From Caulobacter virus Magneto: a DNA stretch of 24,000 bases. This document shows, piece after piece, positions 1-7,972 of this stretch; positions within the stretch are counted from its first letter, which is position 1, and each line of letters starts with the position of its first letter. A program made the position numbers and the translations under genes. Under the pieces are notes generated by a model. The model was not told the DNA's origin and made no database searches. It saw only the letters and a list, made by a program, of their open reading frames with translations. The stretch lies in sequence record JX100812.1; one strand, given 5' to 3'.

Positions 1-444
1 CAGGTCCATCTCCAGTTCGGAGGCGTGCTGGGAGGCGGCGTCCTTGGTGACCTTGCGCGGGTCCTCGACGCGGATGATCCGGCCCTTCAGCGCCCGCACG
101 GCGGCGGCCTCGTTCAGGAAGCGGCAGTCCGAGCAGACGACATGGCTGTAGCCCCCGGCCGCCCGCTTGAAGGCCTCGATCCAGGTGTCCGACTCATAGG
201 AGCGGAACATCTCGGTGCCGATCTTCTGGAGGATGTCGCGGGGGCTCTTGAAGGGGTAGCGGTCCAGGACCGTCTCCTTGAGCACCGGGTCCGACATTTC
301 GAGGTCGGTCACGCCATAGGCGATCTTGGCGATCTCCCGCAGCGGGTCGGCGAAGTTGATGTGGCGGTAGCCGGCGGCTTCCAGGCGGCGGGCGGCCGTC
401 GTCTTGCCGTGCCCGCGCTTGCCGGTGATGGCAATCAGGTCCAT
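1..444 (-). CDS. Deoxynucleoside monophosphate kinase-like P-loop protein (partial, C-terminus beyond window edge)
   Basis: Manual minus-strand translation from ATG at 444: MDLIAITGKRGHGKTTAARRLEAAGYRHINFADPLREIAKIAYGVTD...; Walker A-like GKRGHGKTT, 'HINFADPLREIAK' as in phage dNMP kinases. Not in the ORF track because it runs off the window. Confidence 0.8.
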   Translation of the reverse strand, partial: MDLIAITGKRGHGKTTAARRLEAAGYRHINFADPLREIAKIAYGVTDLEMSDPVLKETVLDRYPFKSPRDILQKIGTEMFRSYESDTWIEAFKRAAGGYSHVVCSDCRFLNEAAAVRALKGRIIRVEDPRKVTKDAASQHASELEMDL

Positions 445-453
445 GGGGTTCTC

Positions 454-1788
454 CTAGCGAAGGATGGTGAGGGTCTTGGCCGCGCGGGTGATGCCCGTGT
501 AGAGCCACTTGTCTTCGTCGGCCCGGAAGCAGCCGCTTTCGTCGATCAGGACGACATCGTCCCACTGCGAACCCTGGCTGGCATGGCAGGTGATGGCGTA
601 GGCCCAGTCCGCGACGATCGAGCTTTTCAGCGCCCGCCAAGCCTTCTGCTCAGGCGCGGTGTAGCCCTTGTTGGTGCGCGAGAAGTGCTCCTCGAACATC
701 CCCTGGAACATCGTCTTGTCGTGGTACTCGACGCCGTTCTCGTCGCTGAACGAGCCCTGGAACGTCGCGTCGCCATGGGTGAACTCGACCGACTTGAGCG
801 AGGTCACTTCCGTGCCGTTGGTCAGGTCCGGGTTGTCGCGGACGTTCTTGCGGATGATCAGCGGCTCGTTCTTCTGCGGCCCCACGCGCTCGCCAGGGTA
901 CTCGACGTAGCCGAATTCCGAGCGAAGCTGCTGGTTGACGTTCCACCGGGTCTTGTTGCGGCCGACGATGAACTGCGGGCGGTCCTCGAAATCGAAGACC
1001 TCCTCATATTCGGCGCGGCGCATGACCTTCACCCCGCTGCCGTAGTCGCGGAACGGCAGGTCCTTGCCTTCGCGCGCCAGGGTCGACAGGTGGATGATCG
1101 GATTGTCCTGGGCCTGCCGGTGGATTTCCGACAGGAAGAAGTCCGGATCATTGGCCAGCAGGCCCGCGTCGTCCTCGACCGGCGGAAGCTGACCAGGATC
1201 GCCCATGGCGAAGATCGGCACCCCGTATTCCATGAGGTCGTCGGTCATCCGGCGCCCGACCATGGACGCCTCGTCGACGACGATCAGGCTCGCCAACTGG
1301 ATGGCGCTGTCGGGGTTCAGTTGGAAGTTGATCTTGTCCTCGCGGTAGGCCGCGCTGAGTTCGGCCTCCAGGCGCTTGATCAGCTTCTTTTGCGTGAAGA
1401 TGTGCTGGTCCTTGTCCGGATCGCCGCCTTCCATGGCGCAGATGTAGAGCGCTTCGCTGAGCGCTTCCCGGTGGTTTTCCAGGTCGGTTTCGAGTTGTGA
1501 GATCGGGGCCGGCTTGGCGCGGTAGATCGCCGAATGGATCGTGCCCGCGTTGGTGTTGGCGTAGCCCTGGGCCTTCAGCTTGGTCCGCATGACCTTGGCG
1601 GCCTTGCCCGTCGGGGCGACGAAGGCCACGGTCTCGGGTGCGATGCCGAGGCTGTCGAGAATGAACGGCAGGATGGTGGACTTGCCCGAGCCGGCGAAGC
1701 CGGTCATCGTCGTCAGGGGTTGCCCGTCCTTGATCTTTTCGACAACGACCTTGCGGGCCGTGTCCTGTTGTGCGCTGAGCGTAGTCAT
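454..1788 (-). CDS. Dda/RecD-like SF1 DNA helicase
   Basis: 444 aa ORF; GFAGSGKST (Walker A), APTGKAAKVM, VVDEASMVG (Walker B), GDPGQLPPV, EIHRQA, and C-terminal CHASQGSQWDDVVLIDE / WLYTGITRA helicase motifs. Confidence 0.93.
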   Translation of the reverse strand: MTTLSAQQDTARKVVVEKIKDGQPLTTMTGFAGSGKSTILPFILDSLGIAPETVAFVAPTGKAAKVMRTKLKAQGYANTNAGTIHSAIYRAKPAPISQLETDLENHREALSEALYICAMEGGDPDKDQHIFTQKKLIKRLEAELSAAYREDKINFQLNPDSAIQLASLIVVDEASMVGRRMTDDLMEYGVPIFAMGDPGQLPPVEDDAGLLANDPDFFLSEIHRQAQDNPIIHLSTLAREGKDLPFRDYGSGVKVMRRAEYEEVFDFEDRPQFIVGRNKTRWNVNQQLRSEFGYVEYPGERVGPQKNEPLIIRKNVRDNPDLTNGTEVTSLKSVEFTHGDATFQGSFSDENGVEYHDKTMFQGMFEEHFSRTNKGYTAPEQKAWRALKSSIVADWAYAITCHASQGSQWDDVVLIDESGCFRADEDKWLYTGITRAAKTLTILR

Positions 1789-1861
1789 CGGAGACTTTCG
1801 GACGAGACGAGGGAACCCGCCCGGACGCGCCGGGCGGGTTGGTCGAAGGGATCAGGAGCGC

Positions 1862-2950
1862 TTAGAAGCGACCCCGGCCGCGCGAGGCGCGTTCGGTGCG
1901 CTCCTCGCCTTCGTCCTCGTCATCGCGACCCCGGCCGCGCGTCGGACGCTCGTCACGCTCGTCCTCCTCGTCGCGGCTGCGACGGGCGGGACGCTCGTCA
2001 CGTTCCTCGCGGTCGTCGTCGCGGCTGCGGCGAGCCGGACGCTCGTCTTCCTCGTCGCGCGAGCGACGGGCCGGACGTTCGTCCTCGTCGTCACGGCTGC
2101 GGCGGGCGGGACGCTCTTCCGGTTCGTCGTCGCGCGCGGCGCGGCGGCTCGAACGCTCTTCGCGCTCCTCCGGCTCGTCATCGCGGCTGCGGCGGCTCGA
2201 ACGCTCTTCGCGCTCTTCGCGGTCGTCGTCACGCGAACGACGGGCCGGACGCTCGTCCTCGTCGTCGCGGCTGCGACGCGAGCGCTTGTCCTCGACGGCC
2301 TTGGGCTTGTCGTCGTAGTCGTCCGGCGTGCCTTCCAGCAGCGCGGCCAGTTCCGTCTCCGGCATCCAGCGCACGATCTTGAACTTCGGCGCGTACTTGG
2401 TGACCTTCCGGCCGCCCTTGGTCTTGCCCTCGAAGGGGTTGGAGTCCAGGGCGATGATCGGCACCTCGCCGGGGTGGTTGCGGAAGCTGTTGCCGAAGTC
2501 CTTCAGGAACGCGGCCAGCGCCCGGCGCTTGGAGACGTTGTTGGCCTGGAAGACCATCTCGACGTAGGGCTCGTCGATCAGACGGAAATCGATCGTGTAC
2601 TGCTCGACCGGGCCGTCTTCCTCGCCGTAGGGACCGTGGTCCGGCAGGCTGTTCTTCGACGGCTGCGGGCCGTCTTGCAGGGCGACCATTTCTTCGTAGA
2701 CGACCTTGCCGTCCACCCAGATCACCCAGCCGCGCTTGTAGGAGCGCAGGTTGGCGGCCATTTCAGTGCCGTTCTTCAGCGGCTCGTCTTCGGCGCCGTA
2801 GGAGTACGTGCCGTCGTTGCCGTCGAACTTCATGAAGGCCTTGCCGTCGCCGCCGCCCTTGAGGTTGTTGGCCTCGTTGGCGATCGCGGCGTAGAAATCG
2901 TCCTGGCTGGCCAGATAGCCGCCGGCCGAACGCGTGGTGAGTTCACCCAT
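1862..2950 (-). CDS. Conserved phage protein with long low-complexity RD/RE-rich C-terminal tail; function unknown
   Basis: 362 aa ORF; globular ~215 aa N-terminal part then ~145 aa of repeats such as ERPARRSRDDEDERPARRSRDEED, ending RGRGRF. Confidence 0.85.
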   Translation of the reverse strand: MGELTTRSAGGYLASQDDFYAAIANEANNLKGGGDGKAFMKFDGNDGTYSYGAEDEPLKNGTEMAANLRSYKRGWVIWVDGKVVYEEMVALQDGPQPSKNSLPDHGPYGEEDGPVEQYTIDFRLIDEPYVEMVFQANNVSKRRALAAFLKDFGNSFRNHPGEVPIIALDSNPFEGKTKGGRKVTKYAPKFKIVRWMPETELAALLEGTPDDYDDKPKAVEDKRSRRSRDDEDERPARRSRDDDREEREERSSRRSRDDEPEEREERSSRRAARDDEPEERPARRSRDDEDERPARRSRDEEDERPARRSRDDDREERDERPARRSRDEEDERDERPTRGRGRDDEDEGEERTERASRGRGRF

Positions 2951-2977
2951 TTGCTGATACCTATTTTCTGTGGAGTT

Positions 2978-3003
2978 CCTCGGAGGCGCGAGTGCCTCCG
3001 AGG
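2978..3003. terminator. Perfect 10-bp inverted repeat between two minus-strand genes, possible intergenic terminator/attenuator or processing site
   Basis: CCTCGGAGGC-GCGAGT-GCCTCCGAGG; no clear T-run on either side. Confidence 0.45.
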
Positions 3004-3062
3004 CTGTTACTAGGACTAGGCTGAGACTAGGCTAGGACTGGTGGAAGACTTCGTAAGTTGAG

Positions 3063-4199
3063 CTACTCCTCGTCCGCCTTCTGAGCACCCTTTTCAGAGA
3101 TGTTCAGGCGACCGTGGCCTTCGCCTTCCCTCATGTAGTCTTCGATGTTGAGACCATTTTCCGCCAGCGCTTCGCGAACGGCGCTGGTGTCGAGGGTCTT
3201 GCGACCCTTGATCCACGAGATGGAGGCCTTGATCTTTCCGTCTGCCGACTTCGCGACCCGGACTCCGGTGTTGTGGAACCACTGCTTCAGAGCCTCCGAA
3301 GCAGCCTTGTGTCCCACTTCGGCCGCCTTTTTCGCAGCCGAGGCGCACCGCTCCTCGGCCACAAGGCGTTCGAACTCTTCCAGGATCGGCGCGGGCGTCG
3401 TCTTCGAGTTGGCCTCGCCGGTCGTGGGGGTGGACTTCTTGGTCGTCTGGGCGCAGGCGACCTTGAACGGGCAGTAGGTGCAGGAGCTATCGATCTTGCC
3501 CTCGGCCATGACCTCCGACGGGTCCTTGATGGCGAAGACGTCGCGCGCGCGCTGCATGGCGACGTCGAACACCTTCTGATCGAAGGGGACGACGAACACC
3601 TCGATGTCGTCGAAGAACGAAGCGTCGATGTAGATGATGACCGCGTAGTTGGGCCGCCAGGACGAAAGCTGGCGCGTCAATCCCATCTGGACGATCGTCT
3701 GGCCCCTATGGATGCTCTTCTCCTCCTTCAGGTTCACCCGAGGATCGATCGACTTGATCTCCAGGTTGAAGCAGTTGGAGGGATGCTCGACGTCCTTGCG
3801 CGAGCCGCCCAGGGAGGCGATGCCGTACTCGGCCAGGGCGTCGTCGTCGGCGTAGATCACCAGACCGTCGGGCGTGGCCGACAGGGGCGCTTCGGGCGAG
3901 ATGAGGGTCCGCTGATTGGCGCCGCCCCAGATCAACTGGGCGTCGCGGGTCAGGTTCTCGGTGATCCACTTCACGCCGGGCTCGACGAAGTGGTTTTCGA
4001 TCAGGTCGCCGCGTTGCAGCGCGCCCCAGGACTGCTCGTAGTCCGGGTCCTTCGGGGCGCCGTTCTTGGCGAACCACACCTTGCGCAGGCACCCGAACGC
4101 CTCCGAGGCGCCGACCGACTTGCTGCGGTCGTGCTTCCACACCTTCTGGTGGGCCTCGACGTATTCGTTAAACCCGGATTTGAAGTTGATCGCAGCCAT
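3063..4199 (-). CDS. PD-(D/E)XK nuclease, Cas4/RecB-like, with probable 4-Cys Fe-S cluster
   Basis: 378 aa ORF; N-terminal GCLRKVWF, 'FNLEIKSID' catalytic D/ExK, C-terminal CTYCPFKVACAQ triple Cys. Confidence 0.8.
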   Translation of the reverse strand: MAAINFKSGFNEYVEAHQKVWKHDRSKSVGASEAFGCLRKVWFAKNGAPKDPDYEQSWGALQRGDLIENHFVEPGVKWITENLTRDAQLIWGGANQRTLISPEAPLSATPDGLVIYADDDALAEYGIASLGGSRKDVEHPSNCFNLEIKSIDPRVNLKEEKSIHRGQTIVQMGLTRQLSSWRPNYAVIIYIDASFFDDIEVFVVPFDQKVFDVAMQRARDVFAIKDPSEVMAEGKIDSSCTYCPFKVACAQTTKKSTPTTGEANSKTTPAPILEEFERLVAEERCASAAKKAAEVGHKAASEALKQWFHNTGVRVAKSADGKIKASISWIKGRKTLDTSAVREALAENGLNIEDYMREGEGHGRLNISEKGAQKADEE

Positions 4200-4270
4200 C
4201 GCGCACCGTCACATTTCTCTGGTATCGTGACTTGGGTTCATCCAGGGTCACGAGCCTGGGGCGCGGCGCG

Positions 4271-4354
4271 CTAGGGGCGATCGAGCTTGCTACGCAGCCA
4301 GATCAGGAAGGCGGCCCCGATGCAGCCGGCGGCGATCCAAAAGAGGTCGGTCAC
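4271..4354 (-). CDS. Small putative membrane peptide (27 aa)
   Basis: GTG start overlaps (GTGA) the stop of the upstream exonuclease gene; translation MTDLFWIAAGCIGAAFLIWLRSKLDRP*, one hydrophobic segment then positive residues. Confidence 0.5.
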   Translation of the reverse strand: MTDLFWIAAGCIGAAFLIWLRSKLDRP

Positions 4355-4980
4355 GCGGCCTTCTCCCGCATCTTGGCCGCGACCATGTCTTCCATGGCGT
4401 AGTAGCAGCGCTGGGTGGCGAGGACGTCGGCGATGGCGGTGTGGGCGTCCTCGAACCCCTCGCCGATGAGGTGCTTGTGGAGGTCGATCAGCTTGGGCTT
4501 GCGATAGCCGCCCTGGCGAGCCGGCAGCTTCATCAGCGGCATGCCGGCCAGGATGGTGTCGAACATCGCCTTGCCCGCGAACGGATCGGCGTCCGGGCGG
4601 CCCAGGACGCGCCGGACGACATTGGTCATGATCTTGTTGTCGAACGAGACATGGTTGTGGCCGACGACCAAGTCGGCGACCGCGACGAGGTCGCAGAAGG
4701 CCTCGATGACCAGCACCTCGGTGATCCCGATCTGCTCGGAAATCTCGGGGCTGATCCCGTGGATGGCGGCGGCCCCGCCCTTGCCGTCCTTGCCGACGGT
4801 CCAGTCTTGCAGCACGTTCGCCGGGACATCACCCAGGCGCAGGATCATGTCCAGGCGCTGCATCTCCTTGCGTTCCGGATTGGCCAGGACCGCGCCCAGT
4901 TGGACGACGCGAGGCTGTTCGTCCAGGGAGCGTTTGCTGTCCGGAAAGCCGGTGGTTTCGGTGTCGTAGAAAAGGATCAT
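4351..4980 (-). CDS. DnaQ-like DEDDh 3'-5' exonuclease
   Basis: 209 aa ORF; ILFYDTETTGF (Exo I), VVGHNHVSFDNKIM (Exo II), 'FEDAHTAIADVLAT' (Exo III H..D). Confidence 0.88.
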   Translation of the reverse strand: MILFYDTETTGFPDSKRSLDEQPRVVQLGAVLANPERKEMQRLDMILRLGDVPANVLQDWTVGKDGKGGAAAIHGISPEISEQIGITEVLVIEAFCDLVAVADLVVGHNHVSFDNKIMTNVVRRVLGRPDADPFAGKAMFDTILAGMPLMKLPARQGGYRKPKLIDLHKHLIGEGFEDAHTAIADVLATQRCYYAMEDMVAAKMREKAA

Positions 4981-5006
4981 CGGGCGATCTCGTTCGGGAG
5001 TGTCTT

Positions 5007-5045
5007 GTTAACCAAGTTCCGGATGGGTGTCAAGATTCACGACAT
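5007..5045 (-). promoter_or_regulatory. Promoter-like element (E1) upstream of the exonuclease gene
   Basis: Minus strand ATGTCGTGAATCTTGACACCC...GTTAACAAG; 21-nt block GGGTGTCAAGATTCACGACAT (5025-5045) identical to 12277-12297; TTGACA -35-like hexamer. Confidence 0.55.
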
Positions 5046-5051
5046 AGAAAG

Positions 5052-5726
5052 TCACGAAGCACGACTCACGCCCTGGGCTTTGATGATCTCGTAGATACGC
5101 TGGGCCGACAGGCTGTAGGCCTCGGCCAGTTGCGCCACCGGCTCGCCCTTGGCGTAGCAGTCGGCGATCTCGGCGTAGAACCGCTTCTTGGCCTCCTCCC
5201 GGCGCAGCTTGGCGTCGGGGGCGTGGCGGTCGATGAAGCGGTAGATCGCGATCCGGCTGACCCCGTAGTCCTTGGCGATCAAGGGCACGGGGGCGAAGGC
5301 GGCGTAGCTTTCGATGATGTCGGCGGCGTGGTCGGCGAGGGCCATGGGGTTCTCCAGGAGGGCGAGAGCGCGGTCGATCACCACCGCCGCGCGCTTCGAG
5401 GGCTGTTTGGTCAGGAAGCCGCAGCGGCGGCCGGCGGCGTAGGGCGGCTCCAGCCCTACGCAGAGGTACTGGTCGGCGGTCGGGTCCGCGCGGTAGCCGC
5501 CGGCGGCCTCAAGCCACCAGTGGGTCCCGCCGTCGGGGTCGCGCCCGACCATCGGCCGCCAGCCGCCGTCCCAACCGTCCAGCAGATGCCAGAGCGCCTC
5601 GGAGGCGACATAGCAGTGCCCGGCGGTCGGGTTGGAAGCCGTGTACGCGGAACGATAGGGCTCGTGCAGAAGCTCGGGTGTGAGGCTCTTCTGGACCGCG
5701 ATAAGGGTTTCGAGCGGCGCCTGCAT
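5052..5726 (-). CDS. Hypothetical protein: YunG-like N-terminal region plus tandem C-terminal HTH-like segments
   Basis: 224 aa from ATG at 5726 overlapping the polymerase stop (TGATG): MQAPLETLIAVQKSLTPELLHEPYRSAY...HCYVASEALWHLLDG...THWWLE...; HTH-like 'LIAKDYGVSRIAIYRFI' and 'QLAEAYSLSAQRIYEII'. The 788-aa ORF in the track over-extends this frame. Confidence 0.75.
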   Translation of the reverse strand: MQAPLETLIAVQKSLTPELLHEPYRSAYTASNPTAGHCYVASEALWHLLDGWDGGWRPMVGRDPDGGTHWWLEAAGGYRADPTADQYLCVGLEPPYAAGRRCGFLTKQPSKRAAVVIDRALALLENPMALADHAADIIESYAAFAPVPLIAKDYGVSRIAIYRFIDRHAPDAKLRREEAKKRFYAEIADCYAKGEPVAQLAEAYSLSAQRIYEIIKAQGVSRAS

Positions 5727-7972
5727 CAGTGCGTCTCCGCCCAGGTGCGGCCCCACTTGACGTCGACATCGACCGGCAGGCGGAAATCGAACCGCTCGCC
5801 GGCTTCCTTCGCCGCGTCGACGATGTTGCGGCGGCAGATTTCCTTGATCGCCGGATCGTCGCGCACCGCCACCTGCATTTCGTCGTGGACCCAGGCCAGG
5901 ACGGCGTAGTCGCCGTGCCAGCCATGGACGAGCCCGTCGTCTTCGTTGAAGGTCTCGAAGTTGACGCACCAGCCCTTGGCGATCGTGGCGCCGGCGCCCT
6001 GGAGCTTGGTGTTGAGGGCCGAGTGCTTGGCCCGCACGAAGAGGTGGCGGCCGTCGAGGGCGTCGACATAGCCGCGCTTGGCCTCGCGCTGCACGGACTT
6101 GACCACCTGTTGCAGCGCCGGGATGCGCGTCATGATCCGCCGCCGCATTTCCGCGCCCAGGGCCTTGGCCTTGGCGACGTTCATGGTCAGGGACGGGTCG
6201 ACGGTGCAGCCCAGCTTGTAGTCCTGGGCGCCGTAGATCATGGCGTAGATGAAGGTCTTGGCGGTGTCGCGCGACTCCATCTCCATGGCCGCTTGGTGGA
6301 CGCCGTGGACATCGCCATCGAGCACGATCTTGCCGTACTGCCCGTTGTCGAACTCCGCCATGAAGTGGGCCAGACAGCGCAGTTCGATACCGGCTTGGTC
6401 GGCGCCCATCAGGGTCCAGCCCTCGGGGACGTAGAAGAGGTCGCGGCAGTCCCAGCCGTGATCGCCCTCGCGGCCCTTCATCAGGACCTTCTTGGTGACC
6501 ACCTCGCCCTTTTCGTTCAGGGTGAACTCGCCCTCGGGCGTCAGCACCGGGCGGCCCCGGATTTGCTTGCCGTCCGGCCCGAGCAGCGGGATCGTCTTGG
6601 CCTCGTCCTTCCACTGCGGCGGCGACTTGAAGACGACGCGGGGGACCTGGGCGATGTTGGGGTTGGAGTGCGAGGCCCGGTTGGTCACCGTGCCCCCGAC
6701 GTTGACGCGGCCGTGAATCTTGCCGTCGCCGTTCCACTCCTCGCACTTGACCAGCCAGCCGTTCTTGCCGTCGACCAACTGCCCCAGGCGCTTCTTGTAG
6801 TAGAAGATTTCCGCCAGGGTCTCGCAGATCGGGATCACCAGCTTCTTGGTGTTCTCGTCCTCGGCCTTGGCCAGATCGCGCAGCACCTCGTCGTCCACCA
6901 CCGGCGAGCCGGTTTCGGTGAACTCCTGGGGTTGCCAGCCATAGACCTTGGTCAGGCGGTCGATGATCTGCGGACGCGAGTTGGGGTTGAACGGCGTCAG
7001 CTTGACCGGGCAGAAGGCCGCGCCGGCGGTGCGGTCGCCCTTCATCGGGTCCTTGTACTTGACATCGCGCGTCGGGACCGTCACCTCGGCCCAGTGCTCG
7101 CGGCTGTCGTCCTCGCCGAACTCGGGGCGCGGCTTGTAGGCGACCTGCTCCTTCTCGGGCTTGCCGGTCTCGGGCGAGGTGTAGGTGGTCGACTTGTGGC
7201 GCTTGAGCCACTTGCCCGGCACCCACCAGGAGCCAAAGTGCGCGATAGCCTCGTCCGACATCCTGGTGTGGGCGGTGCGCAGTTCCTCTTCCAGGCGGCG
7301 CGCGCGCTCGCGGTGGAACGGGAAGCCGTTGCGCTGCACCCGCTCCATCATGTCGTGGATCATGTGTTCGAGCGTGATCGCGGTCTTCGACCACGGCCGG
7401 CTCTCGATCTTGCGCCACAGGGCCTCGGTGACCTCGACGTCTTGAATCGCGTAGTCTTCCATGTCCTGGTTCCAGGACCCCCAGACGTAGCGACTGATCT
7501 CGGCCTTGTCGGTGATGCCCTTGGCCTTGGCCTCTTCCTCGGCCACGTCGGCGTAATCGCCCTTGGGGAAGCCCAGGCGCTGGCCCCAGGCGCCCAGTTC
7601 ATGCGAGCCGATATAGCCGCCCCACAGGTCGCCGCGCTTCCACATCCGGAAGTCGTCGTCCTTGAGGTCGGCGAACAGCATGCGCGTCATCACCAGGGTG
7701 TCGCGGATGATCCCCTGGGGATTGAACTTATCGCCGTAGACCTTCCACAGGGCTTCGCAGTCGAAGCCGATGATGTTGTGGCCGATCAGCATGTCGGCGT
7801 CGTTCAGCATCGCGACGCCTTCGAGGATGTTGTCCTCGCGCTTGTTGCGGTGGAAGACCCAGCGCTGACGGGTGTCGGCGTCCTTGATCACCAGGATGTG
7901 GATGCGCGTCAGTTGCAGCAGCAGCCCATCGGTTTCCAAGTCGAACAGGAGCCGGCGCTTACGGAGCTTCAT
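5726..7972 (-). CDS. Family A (Pol I/T7-like) DNA polymerase with N-terminal 3'-5' exonuclease domain
   Basis: 748 aa ORF; LLFDLETDGL and LIGHNIIGFDCEAL (exo), WTLMGADQAGIELRCLAHF (motif A), DTAKTFIYAMIYGAQDYKLG (motif B), 'LAWVHDEMQVAV' (motif C). Confidence 0.96.
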   Translation of the reverse strand: MKLRKRRLLFDLETDGLLLQLTRIHILVIKDADTRQRWVFHRNKREDNILEGVAMLNDADMLIGHNIIGFDCEALWKVYGDKFNPQGIIRDTLVMTRMLFADLKDDDFRMWKRGDLWGGYIGSHELGAWGQRLGFPKGDYADVAEEEAKAKGITDKAEISRYVWGSWNQDMEDYAIQDVEVTEALWRKIESRPWSKTAITLEHMIHDMMERVQRNGFPFHRERARRLEEELRTAHTRMSDEAIAHFGSWWVPGKWLKRHKSTTYTSPETGKPEKEQVAYKPRPEFGEDDSREHWAEVTVPTRDVKYKDPMKGDRTAGAAFCPVKLTPFNPNSRPQIIDRLTKVYGWQPQEFTETGSPVVDDEVLRDLAKAEDENTKKLVIPICETLAEIFYYKKRLGQLVDGKNGWLVKCEEWNGDGKIHGRVNVGGTVTNRASHSNPNIAQVPRVVFKSPPQWKDEAKTIPLLGPDGKQIRGRPVLTPEGEFTLNEKGEVVTKKVLMKGREGDHGWDCRDLFYVPEGWTLMGADQAGIELRCLAHFMAEFDNGQYGKIVLDGDVHGVHQAAMEMESRDTAKTFIYAMIYGAQDYKLGCTVDPSLTMNVAKAKALGAEMRRRIMTRIPALQQVVKSVQREAKRGYVDALDGRHLFVRAKHSALNTKLQGAGATIAKGWCVNFETFNEDDGLVHGWHGDYAVLAWVHDEMQVAVRDDPAIKEICRRNIVDAAKEAGERFDFRLPVDVDVKWGRTWAETH

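Noticed and set aside
5727-7418. 788-aa minus ORF (5052..7418) as a single large gene
   Set aside because: The portion above 5726 is an out-of-frame reading of the DNA polymerase gene; the real gene starts at ATG 5726 in a TGATG overlap.
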